Virus record (IMG/VR): IMGVR_UViG_3300032677_001293
Direction: 5' to 3' (one strand)
DNA: 64,000 nt
DNA from: a virus
Shown: piece by piece, positions 1-11,500 of the stretch
Layout of the letters: every line of letters starts with the position of its first letter
Position numbering within the stretch: the stretch's first letter is position 1
Program-made: the position numbers and the translations under genes
Notes under the pieces: model-generated
What the model was told of the DNA's origin: nothing
The model's database searches: none
The model's input: the letters and a program-made list of their open reading frames with translations, nothing else

Positions 1-1
1 T

Positions 2-871
2 TCCAATGGTAGTACTTGGACTACACCAGCTGTAATGAATGGCTCAGCTACATTCGCTATCATGAATTCTGTAACAGTCAATAGTGCTGGATTATTTGTA
101 GCTGTTGGGTATGATAATAGTAGCAATGCTATGTATGCTACCAGTTCCGACGGTATTACTTGGACCACTCCATCATATATGTCTGGGGCACCAAGTCCTG
201 GAGGAATGACTGCTGTGACTGTTAATAGTGCTGGATTATTTGTAGCAGTAGGAATGGATACTAATAGTGACGCCATGTATGCTACTAGTTCTAACGGTAG
301 TACTTGGACTGCTCCGGCATATATGTCTGGAACACCAGTAACTATGCAAGTTTTTAGTATTACTGTTAATAGTGCTGGATTATTTGTAGCTGTTGGTACA
401 GTCGGTTCAGTAGCCACGTATGCTACTAGTTCTAACGGTAGTACTTGGACTGCTCCGGCATATATGACAGGATCAGCTGTAGTTGCTTATGCTACTTCAG
501 TAACAGTTAATAGTGCTGGATTGTTTGTAGCAGTTGGATTTAACAGCACTTCACCAGTATATACTACTAGTTCTAATGGTAGTACTTGGACTACTCCTGC
601 TGCTATGAATGGTTCAACAACACTAGCTTATATGGCAGGTGTTGCAGTTAATAGTGCTGGATTATTTGTAGCTGTCGGCTATAACCAATCTAACGAGGCT
701 GTATATGCTACTAGTTCCAATGGTAGTACTTGGACTACTCCTGCTCTTATGAACGGATCAACTGGAACTTATATTATGACTTCAGTTACAGTTAACGGAA
801 CCGGGCCATTTGCAGCAGTTGGATTTAATCAATCTACGCAAGCACCAGTCTCTGCTATAACAAATCGATAA
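2..871 (+). CDS. BNR/Asp-box repeat beta-propeller virion protein (5'-truncated by the window edge)
   Basis: About 48-aa repeat 'VNSAGLFVAVG...YATSSNGSTWTxP' occurs ~6 times; SxNGxTW is an Asp-box. The frame is open from base 2 (SNGSTWTTPAV) into the listed Met35. Confidence 0.8.
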   Translation, partial: SNGSTWTTPAVMNGSATFAIMNSVTVNSAGLFVAVGYDNSSNAMYATSSDGITWTTPSYMSGAPSPGGMTAVTVNSAGLFVAVGMDTNSDAMYATSSNGSTWTAPAYMSGTPVTMQVFSITVNSAGLFVAVGTVGSVATYATSSNGSTWTAPAYMTGSAVVAYATSVTVNSAGLFVAVGFNSTSPVYTTSSNGSTWTTPAAMNGSTTLAYMAGVAVNSAGLFVAVGYNQSNEAVYATSSNGSTWTTPALMNGSTGTYIMTSVTVNGTGPFAAVGFNQSTQAPVSAITNR

Positions 872-875
872 ATTA

Positions 876-2027
876 TTAAATTTTAAATAATTTTAAATTT
901 TGATGTATACGTTCTAATGGTTCGTCCCAGTTACCAATGCTAGGTTGTCTAAAAATACGACAGGAAGGATACCAAGGACTGTCTTCACGCTTTAATAACC
1001 AACGCCAATCTTGTCCAAATTGATTTAGTGGTAGCCAAAATGGTCGGCCCAATGCTCCTGCCAAATGTCCTACGGCAGTATCTACAGCAATTACTACATC
1101 AAGATTCATAATTAATCCAGCAGTATCGTTCCAATTTTGTATTGACCCCGGATATGCTTTTACACCTTGGTCAATTAATTGCTGTTCTTCTTCGGAAGAA
1201 CAATCAGTTTGTAAGTTAATCCATTCATATTCAGGATTACGCTTAATTAATTCAAACATTTTTTCAAAAGGTACAGCTTTATGTTGATTGATCCAACTAT
1301 CTCTGCGACCAGACCAAGCAAATCCTACACGCAATTTTGATTTTAATCCTAATCTATCTGCCCATACTTTAATAGCATCTTTACTAGGAGTTAGATACTG
1401 TAGATTATGTGGTAAATTTTCATAAGTGATATCTAAGTATCCCGGAATACTCATGATTGGTGTCCAGTAATCAAATTCAGGAAGTAAATCTTCTGGACCT
1501 AATATTCTAACCGGCATCAAAAATGAATTTTGCAATAATGGTTTTAAATTATTGTCAACACAAATGTACACATCTGCGCCAGCTATAACTAATCGTTCAG
1601 CGAACCGAGAAAATTGAATATTATCTCCATGCCCTTGTTCGCCTGTTATCAGTATAGTTTTACCAGCTAAATCTTGACCCTCCCAACGAGGTTGGCTTAA
1701 TTGGGGAAGTTTGCCGTCTAAGTGCTCAAACTGCCAACGCTTTTCATATTGCTTCCAACCACGCTTTAAATCGCCAGCCAACAAATAAGCCACAGCAAGA
1801 TTAAATTGAGCTACAGAATCATTTTCATTAATAGCTATGGCATTTTGTAAAAACCCATAAGCCCGTTCTGGGAACCCCATTTCTCTAACTACATTTCCGT
1901 AATTATTATATGCGGATCCCATATTAGGATTTTGTACAAATGCTTGGGCATAACAAGCAAGGGCTTTTTCAGGCTCAGAAATTGAGCGATAATGGTTGCC
2001 GTGGGCTAAAAGTTCGTCTGGAGTCAT
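876..2027 (-). CDS. TPR-repeat + GT-B (GT9/heptosyltransferase-like) glycosyltransferase
   Basis: N-terminal TPRs (AYNNYGNV..., AQFNLAVAYLLAGD), then EQGHGDNIQF and LDVVIAVDTAVGHLAGALG...DWRW...SPWYPS motifs of TPR-GT9 proteins. The ATG at 2027 lies 6 nt after a minus-strand TAAATA, so it is preferred over the TTG at 2033. Confidence 0.85.
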   Translation of the reverse strand: MTPDELLAHGNHYRSISEPEKALACYAQAFVQNPNMGSAYNNYGNVVREMGFPERAYGFLQNAIAINENDSVAQFNLAVAYLLAGDLKRGWKQYEKRWQFEHLDGKLPQLSQPRWEGQDLAGKTILITGEQGHGDNIQFSRFAERLVIAGADVYICVDNNLKPLLQNSFLMPVRILGPEDLLPEFDYWTPIMSIPGYLDITYENLPHNLQYLTPSKDAIKVWADRLGLKSKLRVGFAWSGRRDSWINQHKAVPFEKMFELIKRNPEYEWINLQTDCSSEEEQQLIDQGVKAYPGSIQNWNDTAGLIMNLDVVIAVDTAVGHLAGALGRPFWLPLNQFGQDWRWLLKREDSPWYPSCRIFRQPSIGNWDEPLERIHQNLKLFKI

Positions 2028-2033
2028 GAGCAA

Positions 2034-2085
2034 TATTTACTATAAGTTAAACACCTACTTTAAAAAACAGGCTATTCTATAAATA
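2034..2085. promoter_or_regulatory. Divergent T4-type late promoters
   Basis: TAAATA on the minus strand at 2034-2039 and a perfect TATAAATA on the plus strand at 2078-2085. Confidence 0.75.
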
Positions 2086-2093
2086 CTTGACAT

Positions 2094-2152
2094 AGAGCAA
2101 TTCCGCTCTTTATGCTGAGATTAAAACCCACAGCGTAGCGGCTAGAACCCGC
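2094..2152 (+). promoter_or_regulatory. Structured 5' leader with three tandem hairpins
   Basis: AGAGC/GCTCT, TATGCTG/CAGCGTA and GCGG/CCGC stems lie between the late promoter and the SD (AAGGAG) of ORF 2179. Confidence 0.45.
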
Positions 2153-2178
2153 ATCGGACTTCTTTAAGGAGAAAACAC

Positions 2179-2922
2179 ATGGGTCGTCCACTTAAAATTC
2201 AAAAATTATCACCTGGTTCAGGTATTATTACATCAATAGTAGCAAATCCTGTTCCTGTTGATCAAGGTTTCCCACAGTTTCAAAACTTAGATCCAAGCAC
2301 ACAAGTTATTCCATCTGGTATGACAGGTGCTGAATATTTGGGTGTAACTGGCGGCGGGTATGATGGTGGTGTTGCTACAGCAACATTCCCTGTAGTAGCT
2401 GTAAATGCTTACTTCCCAATCGCAGCAGCCGGCGAAGCAGCTTACATTATTACCCAAAAAGGTCAATACAAGTATCTAGTAGCGGCACAAGCTACAGTGG
2501 CAGTAACAGCTATTATTCCTGGTAATTCTTATATTATCAACACATTAGGCACTACAAACTGGACAGCTATTGGTGCTGGTCCTACTCCGGCAGTTGGTGA
2601 TGTATTCACTGCTACTCAAGTAGGCGCAGGTACAGGTTTAGCTAGCGAAGTAGTTCCGGCTTACTTGTCTAATGTAGCAACTGGCTCTTTAGTAGCTGGT
2701 CAAATGAATATGTCATTTACACCAGACGCTGGTACAACTACTATTCTTGCTAGTCGTTTAACTAACAAATACATTTGGGATGACGCAACTCCTCCAAATC
2801 GTTATGCGGTTAACTTCTTTACAAGTGACGTAACAACTGCTAAGTCGGGTGCCGATGCTGCAACATGGACCAACGGTACTGGCTTATTAGATTTGGCTGA
2901 AGTAAGTAGCTATACTTCATAA
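2179..2922 (+). CDS. Virion structural protein
   Basis: Late promoter, strong SD, beta-rich composition and a downstream terminator. Confidence 0.6.
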   Translation: MGRPLKIQKLSPGSGIITSIVANPVPVDQGFPQFQNLDPSTQVIPSGMTGAEYLGVTGGGYDGGVATATFPVVAVNAYFPIAAAGEAAYIITQKGQYKYLVAAQATVAVTAIIPGNSYIINTLGTTNWTAIGAGPTPAVGDVFTATQVGAGTGLASEVVPAYLSNVATGSLVAGQMNMSFTPDAGTTTILASRLTNKYIWDDATPPNRYAVNFFTSDVTTAKSGADAATWTNGTGLLDLAEVSSYTS

Positions 2923-2965
2923 TAACAGCTGAATCCAACGCAGATAAAGCAATCAGTAGTACTTT

Positions 2966-2993
2966 AATCCCCCAGTTTTATGGGGGATTTTTT
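2966..2993 (+). terminator. Rho-independent terminator
   Basis: AATCCCCCA-gtttta-TGGGGGATT followed by a T run. Confidence 0.85.
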
Positions 2994-3044
2994 ATGAGTT
3001 TAGCATTTGCAAAATCACATAAATAATCAAAAGGATCTTTTCTA

Positions 3045-3653
3045 ATGGCTTCGTATAAAAATATAAATTCTGATTATACACTAACCTGTAATAATGGTAA
3101 CGGATATTTTACGGTAAACGCCATAACAGCATTTGAGCAAGATGTTACCTTTAACGGCAATGTTACATACGTAGTCCCAGCAACAACTGAAGCAGCATTC
3201 TTTACAGCGGCAGCAAATAATGTTGGTACTATTTTTGACATGGGTTTGCTAGGACAAACAGGTCCTAATACTTTTGCTGGTTTGCGTTTTGACACATTTG
3301 TTAACGCTTGGCAAACAAGTGCTAGTGTAACATCTACAGGAGCTCCAATACAAGCCTATGCTAATATTGGATCAACACCAGCGGGCGACGATCAAGAAGT
3401 ACAATTTAATAACAATGGAGCCTTTGGCGCCGTTGCTAATCTTAAATATGACATTGCTAACAGCCAACTAACACTTAACGGATCTCAAGCATTTGGAAAT
3501 ATTGGAACAATACCTGGCAATGTAGCAAACGCAGTGGTACTTTACAGTAATGTTTCTGAAGGCGGCGGTACAGGATTATATTTTACATCTTCGTCATATC
3601 AAGACGAATTAGTTAGTAAAAGAAACGCAATCATTTACGGAATTATATTTTAA
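3045..3653 (+). CDS. Virion structural/fibre-associated protein
   Basis: TAAATA and SD upstream; carries a 'QEVQFNNNGAFG' module resembling the fibre repeat. Confidence 0.6.
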   Translation: MASYKNINSDYTLTCNNGNGYFTVNAITAFEQDVTFNGNVTYVVPATTEAAFFTAAANNVGTIFDMGLLGQTGPNTFAGLRFDTFVNAWQTSASVTSTGAPIQAYANIGSTPAGDDQEVQFNNNGAFGAVANLKYDIANSQLTLNGSQAFGNIGTIPGNVANAVVLYSNVSEGGGTGLYFTSSSYQDELVSKRNAIIYGIIF

Positions 3654-3662
3654 GGATTAATT

Positions 3663-3974
3663 ATGACAATAGCATTAGCCACACTTACAGATACAGCGAA
3701 TGCGATTTACACGAGTGTAGGTAATACAGCCATTACTTCGCTAACAATGTGTAACTGGGGACCAAGTTCAGTTACTACTAATTTGTATGTAGTTCCAAAC
3801 GGGTATACGCCTGATACTACAAACATTGCGTTAGCAAATGTATTAATTACTTCCACAGAAACTGCTCAACTGTATATGTTTGCAGAAAAATTATTATTAG
3901 GTCCAGGTGATACTATTTGTGCTAATACCTCAGCTAATACAGTAACCGCTATAACTTCATTTACTACACTTTAA
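3663..3974 (+). CDS. Small beta-sandwich virion protein
   Basis: 'YTSVGNTAITSL...EKLLLGPGDTI' is similar in layout to ORF 6186. Confidence 0.55.
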   Translation: MTIALATLTDTANAIYTSVGNTAITSLTMCNWGPSSVTTNLYVVPNGYTPDTTNIALANVLITSTETAQLYMFAEKLLLGPGDTICANTSANTVTAITSFTTL

Positions 3975-4381
3975 TGCCTAATTTTTACAAAAATCGTCTT
4001 TTGATATCTGGAAGTACTGCTACAGTAATGCCTGTAGGTGATACAGCCAATCGACCTAACGATCCATTAGTAGGCGCCTTTAGATACAATCTTGATTTAC
4101 CTGGCATAGAATATTGGACTGGTTCAGTGTGGGCAAGTATCAATTCTGGCGCAGTTACATACACTATTGACAATTTAGTCGGCAATGGAACACAAACAGC
4201 CTTTACAATGGGGCAATCAGTTTCCGATGCTTCACAGGTTATTGTATTTGTTGGATCAATTTATCAAGCACCGAATGTACAAGGCGGTGGTATATCAGCA
4301 TACACGGTGTCTGGCACAACTATTACATTTACAAGTGCGCCGCCAATTAATGCTTCAATAAACATCATACATACAGCTTAA
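3974..4381 (+). CDS. Fibre connector/structural protein
   Basis: Made of a 'PVGDTANRP...RYN...EYW' module and a 'GNGTQTAFT...VGSIYQAP' module; both recur in the giant fibres. Coupled to the previous gene by TAATG. Confidence 0.6.
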   Translation: MPNFYKNRLLISGSTATVMPVGDTANRPNDPLVGAFRYNLDLPGIEYWTGSVWASINSGAVTYTIDNLVGNGTQTAFTMGQSVSDASQVIVFVGSIYQAPNVQGGGISAYTVSGTTITFTSAPPINASINIIHTA

Positions 4382-4409
4382 CTAAATATTAAATTACCAG
4401 GAATAATAA

Positions 4410-6161
4410 ATGTCAATTAATAAAATACCAGGACAAATGCTACAAGCTAATCTTGAAAGAGATGGCAATAGTCTAGCCTTTATTAATAACGCAAATAGTA
4501 CTCCTACACTTTTTTTAGATGTTGCTAATACACAAGTTGGTATCAACACAGCAACACCTCAATCAACATTAGATGTTAATGGTACACTAAGCACTAATGC
4601 TATTGCTCCACATACACCTAGTGGCAATATTGCTATTAGTACTAATGTTAGTGTTACTGGAAATGTAACAGCACAAAATTTCTTTGGCAATGTTAGTATC
4701 AATTCAAGTGACAACATAATTTATGTTGCTACCAATGGCAATGATAGTAACACTGGATCATTTACAGAACCGTTTTTAACTATTGAAGCGGCGCTAAATG
4801 CTGCTTGGGAAGCAACAGGTAATGTAGGTGGGGTCGCAGTTCATGTTGCTCCTGGAACTTATACTGAAAATTGTCCGTTAACTATTACACCTAATGTATC
4901 CTTAATGGGCGATAATATTCGTAGTGTGTATATTCAGCCTGCTGATCCAACACAAGATTTATTTTACATGACAAACGGTTGTTATGTTTGGGGTATTACT
5001 GTACAAGGGTATACAAGTACAGCATTTAGTTATAATCCTAATGGGCTTACTTGTTCTACATATGGCTCGGTTTATAACTCCCCTTATATACAAAATGTTA
5101 GTTCATATACAACAATGCCGTTTTTATATATTACAACCGCTACATCTACTACTGGACAATTTAGCGCACCGTTTGCTCAAACAGGCGCTTGGCCATCTGT
5201 GGGCGACGAAGTTTTAGTTACTGGAATATTATCAGGTACTGCTACTATTACTGGTTACATTTCTAATACTGTTTATCATGTAATAGCATCAACACCAGGC
5301 GAAACTGTTACCTTATCAGCAACTCCAGGCGGCCCAGCTATTACAACAACTGCTGGAACAACCGACGGACTAACATTTACATATAATGTATTTGGTGGAT
5401 TATGTGTTAGTATTGATGGCAGTTTAGTTGATGCTTACAGTACTAAGGCAATGATTTTAGGATTTATTACAATCCTTAATCAAAATGGTACTGGCTTATC
5501 ACTTTCGAATGATGGATATAGTCAAGCGGTTAACATTTATACACTTTATTGTGGTATCGGAGTCGAAGTTAACTCTGGAGCATTTATTACACTTAATGCT
5601 TGCGACTGCGGTATAGGTACTTACGGATTAATTGCCAACGGCGTTGGTAGTTTACAAACTACAGGAACTACTGTAGGCAATAGTACCTCTGGTATTTTTA
5701 TAGTTAATAATTTATCAAATGGTCAACCATTTGTTAATACAGTTATGTCTATACCAGGCGATGACAATTATTATACTATTGATACTATTGCTCCTATCGA
5801 TGCGTTAACATGGAGTGTATCAATACAACAAGTATACACAAATACATTACCAGCTGGAACTACATTATCATTTTATACTCGTAGTGCTATTATTGCTAGT
5901 GCTCATACATTTGAATATGTTGGAGCTGGCACTACCTATGCCGCATTACCGCAGTACGGTGGCATTCCAAAAGAAGAAAATGAAGTAATTGAAATTGGTG
6001 GCGGAGTTATAACATTTACTAGTACAGATCAAAAAGGTAACTTTAAAGTTGGTAAAGGTTTTACTATTAATCAAGCCACAGGAACAATTACTGGTAACGA
6101 CTTTTACGAAAGTTTATTTGCTGAAATGACTCCGTTCATTCTAGCATTAGGTTCAGATTAA
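4410..6161 (+). CDS. Beta-helix (pectate-lyase-like/DUF1565) tail-spike-type protein
   Basis: 'IYVATNGNDSNTGS...PFLTIEAAL...VAPGTYTE' is the usual entry motif of right-handed beta-helices. Confidence 0.65.
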   Translation: MSINKIPGQMLQANLERDGNSLAFINNANSTPTLFLDVANTQVGINTATPQSTLDVNGTLSTNAIAPHTPSGNIAISTNVSVTGNVTAQNFFGNVSINSSDNIIYVATNGNDSNTGSFTEPFLTIEAALNAAWEATGNVGGVAVHVAPGTYTENCPLTITPNVSLMGDNIRSVYIQPADPTQDLFYMTNGCYVWGITVQGYTSTAFSYNPNGLTCSTYGSVYNSPYIQNVSSYTTMPFLYITTATSTTGQFSAPFAQTGAWPSVGDEVLVTGILSGTATITGYISNTVYHVIASTPGETVTLSATPGGPAITTTAGTTDGLTFTYNVFGGLCVSIDGSLVDAYSTKAMILGFITILNQNGTGLSLSNDGYSQAVNIYTLYCGIGVEVNSGAFITLNACDCGIGTYGLIANGVGSLQTTGTTVGNSTSGIFIVNNLSNGQPFVNTVMSIPGDDNYYTIDTIAPIDALTWSVSIQQVYTNTLPAGTTLSFYTRSAIIASAHTFEYVGAGTTYAALPQYGGIPKEENEVIEIGGGVITFTSTDQKGNFKVGKGFTINQATGTITGNDFYESLFAEMTPFILALGSD

Positions 6162-6185
6162 TAAAGAAATAACAAGGAAAAGATC

Positions 6186-6524
6186 ATGCCAGGCGCATTA
6201 AATAATTTTAGAACAACATTAGCAAATGTAACTACAACTACAGCCAATGTATATACACCACCTACTGGGTATGCTACTGTTGTATTGATGGCACAAGTTA
6301 GTAATAATGGCAACGCTACTATTGAAGTTTCTGCTGATGTATTAAGATCTGGCAATGCGTTTTCTCTTATTAACGCGGCACAAGTTCCGGTAAATGATGC
6401 TATTAGTGTTTTAACCGGACGATTAATTTTAAATGTGGGCGACGTATTACAATTTAAATCTAGTGATAACACTAGTGGACAGTTAGTTTTAAGTTATTTG
6501 GAAACACTGGTAACCGGTTCATAA
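6186..6524 (+). CDS. Small virion structural protein
   Basis: 'VYTPPTGYATVVLMAQVSN...RLILNVGDVL'; SD upstream. Confidence 0.55.
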   Translation: MPGALNNFRTTLANVTTTTANVYTPPTGYATVVLMAQVSNNGNATIEVSADVLRSGNAFSLINAAQVPVNDAISVLTGRLILNVGDVLQFKSSDNTSGQLVLSYLETLVTGS

Positions 6525-6525
6525 T

Positions 6526-8526
6526 ATGCCAATTAACCACACTAAACTTCTTAGCGGCCGTGCTCCAACAGTTCCTTATGATGAGCTTAGTGAATCACGA
6601 TATCAATTTTTAGCGTTAGGCGAAGCTGAACCTAACTTAGGTACAAGTGGTCAAGGAAATATTTTAACAATTGGTCCAGACAATACTCGTGTTTGGACTA
6701 ACACAATTAATGCTAATGTATCTACACAAACAATTTATGTAGACAATCTTACATCATATACACCTGGCGGCAATATTAATGTTATACCTTCGGGCAATGG
6801 CATATTAACTATTGCTAACACTTATGGCGGAGCAACAGGAATACAGTTAGGATCAAATACTACAGGAGCATTTATTAGTAATGCCGTAGTACTACAATCA
6901 AATACTAGCGTAACTAATGGTATTGCCGAATTAAACTTAATTTTAGGTAAATTGGTTCCACCGCAACCACCAGCATTTCCTGCTAATACAACATTAGCAA
7001 TTACTAATGCTACTACTGCGGCAAGAATGTGTTCAGGATTTACGCAACCTAACAATACAACTACTGGCAATAAGGCAGTACCGGCTGGCACTTTAGTAAG
7101 TGCTGTTCGTACACCTACATATACTACTAATACAATCGCTAATGCTGGTCCAGGTGACGCAGGTACAGTAACAGTTTATGTAGATAGTACAGCAGCTGGC
7201 ACCGTTACATTTAACAATAATGCTACCCCAACAGGAAATGGTACACACGGCAATTTAGTTATTACTAATAACGAAGATTATCACTATGCTAATAGTTCTA
7301 TTTTAGCAACTTTTTGGTATGTATTTTCAGCGCAAGCTACAGGAAATGTACCATCTGGTTGGAATGAAGTTTATATTTCAGACACACAAACAAGCAATAC
7401 TAACACAGCAGTTTGGTATTATGATGCTAGTACCGCATCTGCTCCTGTGTTTTCTTCTAATACATTTACTGCTTGTGCTACACCTAGCATAACTTATTCT
7501 AGTACAATTCCTCATTATAATTCAGGAACTAATTTTGTTATTGGATTTAATGTTAATAATTTGTCAGGTAATATGTATCCTAATAATGGAAATTTACTTA
7601 CAAATACTACAACTGCTGGCGGAGCATTTTTAGCGCCAGCAACAGTAAGCTATGCGGCAGCAAACGTAACAGTTCCATTAGCACAAAATTTATATGTTGG
7701 TTCAGGTAATGCTACAGTATCTACTACTGCTGGTATTGTAAATGGATTTGGTAGTAGTAATGCTGGCCCAAGTGTAACCGTAACAAATAGTTACAACGCG
7801 ACTACACATACATTTAACCCAACAGGCATTGTACTTTATAAAACAGGCACCGGCACAGCTATTGATGAATCTAATATTGTTATTGGATCAACTATAGGGT
7901 CTGGTTCTGGTAACGGATACCGTATTGTTAATCCTGGTACAGGAAATACTCCTGTATATACAGGAAACGAAGCACAGTTTAATAGTCAAACTGGCCCACT
8001 GTACACTTATGATGCTACAGTAGTTGGTTCCAGTAGTCAAGGTTTATTAACATTTAATCAAACTAATTATTCTGGCGGAGCATACTTGCCAGTAGGTCCA
8101 AACTTAACTGGTCAAGGATCCGCACAATACTTTACATTTAAATTTGTGCGCTCGGCGGCAAGTAAATTTGATATTCAGATTGCTGGAACAGTTGGCGGAG
8201 TGTGGGTAGCACTTCCAGGAAGTGTATTCGATACTAATATTTCTGGCATTGGCCCAACTTCAGATTTAAATGGTTGGTTGAATATGAGCTTACCGTATGG
8301 TGGCGCAGGTCGTCCTGGCGCTATTACAGCTAATGGCGGTAACGGTTCTGATGGTTGTAGTGTAGGCGGAGTACTTCCAATCAATACAGCTATTAACGGC
8401 AGATACACTTGTACCTTTGGAACTGTTTCTAGTTCTTCAACTAGCACAAACGAAATTTATGTACGCATTAGACTTACATCAGGACAAAGCGTTACAGCTT
8501 TATCATTACAAACGGCGAGCAATTAA
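6526..8526 (+). CDS. Virion structural protein (baseplate/fibre-associated)
   Basis: 666-aa T/N/G/S-rich beta protein in the late structural operon. Confidence 0.55.
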   Translation: MPINHTKLLSGRAPTVPYDELSESRYQFLALGEAEPNLGTSGQGNILTIGPDNTRVWTNTINANVSTQTIYVDNLTSYTPGGNINVIPSGNGILTIANTYGGATGIQLGSNTTGAFISNAVVLQSNTSVTNGIAELNLILGKLVPPQPPAFPANTTLAITNATTAARMCSGFTQPNNTTTGNKAVPAGTLVSAVRTPTYTTNTIANAGPGDAGTVTVYVDSTAAGTVTFNNNATPTGNGTHGNLVITNNEDYHYANSSILATFWYVFSAQATGNVPSGWNEVYISDTQTSNTNTAVWYYDASTASAPVFSSNTFTACATPSITYSSTIPHYNSGTNFVIGFNVNNLSGNMYPNNGNLLTNTTTAGGAFLAPATVSYAAANVTVPLAQNLYVGSGNATVSTTAGIVNGFGSSNAGPSVTVTNSYNATTHTFNPTGIVLYKTGTGTAIDESNIVIGSTIGSGSGNGYRIVNPGTGNTPVYTGNEAQFNSQTGPLYTYDATVVGSSSQGLLTFNQTNYSGGAYLPVGPNLTGQGSAQYFTFKFVRSAASKFDIQIAGTVGGVWVALPGSVFDTNISGIGPTSDLNGWLNMSLPYGGAGRPGAITANGGNGSDGCSVGGVLPINTAINGRYTCTFGTVSSSSTSTNEIYVRIRLTSGQSVTALSLQTASN

Positions 8527-11500
8527 TGACAATATCACAAGCACAATACGTTGACTTACTCGTTAAGAAACTTTATGGTGTATCAACTACAGATACAGCA
8601 ACAAACAAAAGTCCTTCTAACGAGTCCATTCTATCACCAGAACTTAATCGGGGTGATACCTTATGGACCCAAGCTAATCAAATCCCAACGGTTGCAGCTA
8701 ATGTAGCAAATATTTCTTTACAGTATGGAAATTCAAATCCTATTCAATGCGTACCTGATACAACATCAGTGCCAATTTTAAATAGTCAAGGGCAATTAAT
8801 TTATCCAACATGGTTAACAACTATACCTGAATGGATCCCACCTGAATTTGGTAGTGATTATACTGTTAACGCTTATGTTGGTCCAGCAAATATTGGAAAT
8901 TTAACCGGTGCTAATGTAACTTTTATTTCTGGTGATGGCGAAGGTGGCTCGTATCCAGGCGAATTTTTCTTTGACTATCAAGCAGGTTTATTATATTTTA
9001 TTGGCCAAACTATTCCTAATGTATTAACAACTGGAAATGTTGTTTATATTACTGGTTACAAATATAATGGATTAACAGGTGTAACAAATTTACCTAGCAA
9101 TACTAACATTGGTAGTATTAATATTGTTGATTCTACTATTTCGTCTATTGATGCTAACGGAAATTTAATAGCTATTGGTGGCACATCTGGCGTAGTTATC
9201 CCTAGCGGCAATACAGCACAAAGACCAAGTAATGCTATTTTAGGCACAACTAGATTTAATACTATTACAGATTCTATTGAAACTTGGGACGGCTCAGCGT
9301 GGGTTAATAGTGGTAATTCAATTACTCCTGGCACAATTACTGACCAACAAATTACACCAGATGGTGTATCAGACACTTATACATTAACACAATCAACTAC
9401 TAGCGCAAGTATTATAGTATCTATTAATGGTGTAACACAAGCGCCAGAAGTATCATATACTGTAACTGGAAATTCAATAACATTTACACAAATTCCGTTA
9501 ACGCAAGATTTGATTGACATTCGTTTTATTGCTTATACAACAACTGTATCAGCAATAACTAACTCTACTGGAAATTCATCTGTTAGCGTTGGCGCAGATG
9601 GCAATATATTATTCACTACGGCCAATATTACATTTGCCACAATGACAGCTAATGCTGTTGGTATTAACGGAGCTGTAAGCACTACTGGAAATATTACAAC
9701 CGATGGATACTTCATTGGTACTTTTGCTGGTAATATTGTAGCTAACATTGTAGCTCCTGGATTAAACACACAAGTCATTTATAACAGTAACGGTAATCTT
9801 GCTGCTAGTGCTGGATTTACTTTCAACGCAAATTCAAATGCGTTAACATCTTCTGGAAATATTACTGGCGCAAACATTTTAACTGCTGGAGCAATTAGTG
9901 CTGCTGGCAACATTATTGGTAATAATATTAGCGCAACTAATTTATCTGGTAATTTAACATCAGGCACCCAGTCTAATATTACTGGCCTTGGAACATTGAC
10001 ATCATTAAATGTTAATGGTAATATCAATGGTAGTAATGTAATCGCTTCAACTGTTAATACTACAAATATCAATGCTGTAAATGTTGGCAATAGTAGTACT
10101 TCTTATATTGGCGCCAATGTAAGTGTAACTGGAACCATTACAGCATCTAATATAGACGGAATTATTAATACAGCTAATCAACCTAATATCACTAGTGTTG
10201 GTACATTAACGAGTTTAAGTGTAGCAGGCGATACAGTTTCTAATTATTTTGTTGGCGACGGTAGCAACTTAGCTAATATTAACGGAGCCAATGTAACTGG
10301 AACGGTTCAAAGTGCTAATGTAGCAGATTTTGCTTTTAGTGTAAATGGCTCAAATGTAATTGGATCAGTGGCATCAGCTAATACTGCTAATACAGCTAAC
10401 ACAGTTACAGCAAATGCTCAACCTAATATTACTAGTGTTGGTGTATTATCAGGTTTAGCAGTAAGCGGCGGCATTTCTGTTAACGGTAACATCAATAGTA
10501 ACTCTAATATTTTAAGTAATGGCATTATATCAACAACTGGAAATATTACTGGAAGTTATATTTTAGGTAACGGAGCTTTCTTAACAGGTATTGCTCCAAG
10601 TTATAATGATGCTAATGTTATTAATTTGTTGAATACAGGATTAGCTGGCAATGTTATTCCATCAACAGGTAATACTTATAGTTTAGGTAGTCCAACAGCA
10701 CCTTGGGCAGAATTATATGTAAGTGGTAACTCCATTTATATCGATGGATCACAATTAAGTAGTAGCGGCGGCAATTTATATTTCCAAGGCAATGCTTTAA
10801 TTACTAGTAATCCATCAGGAAATTTTGCTGTAGCTAATACTTTAACAGCGGGTAATATTTCTACTGCTGGTTTTGTAAGTGCCGCTGGTAATATCACTGG
10901 CAACAATTTAAACATTTCTAGTATTTCTAGCACAGGAAATATTTTCTCAAACGGTATTATTAGTACAAGTAATACTATAATTGACGGCAATATTTCAACT
11001 TCAGGTAATGTAACTGCTCCATATTTTATTGGTAATTTAATTGGTAATATTTCTGGCAACTTAACAGTACCGGGCGCTAATACGCAAGTAATTTATAATA
11101 ATGACGGAGCGGCAAACGCTTCTGCTGGACTTACTTTTGATTATGCTTCAAATTCTTTAGTATCTACTGGCACAATCACTGGAAGTAATTTCTTAACTAA
11201 TGGATTTGTTAGTGCTACCGGCAATATTATTGGCTCACATTATATTGGTAATGGCGCAACATTATCAAACATTACAGGTGCTAATGTAACTGGATATGTA
11301 AACAACGCCACTAACGCAATAAGTGCGACAACCGCGGCTACTGTTACTACTAACGCTCAGTCTAACATTACAAGTGTTGGTGTATTAACAAGTTTAAGCG
11401 TAGCAGGAAATGCTTCAGCTGGCAATGTAACAACAACTGGCACAGTATCAGCTATTGGTAATATTCAAACTAGTGGTTACTTCATTGGTACTTTTGCTGG

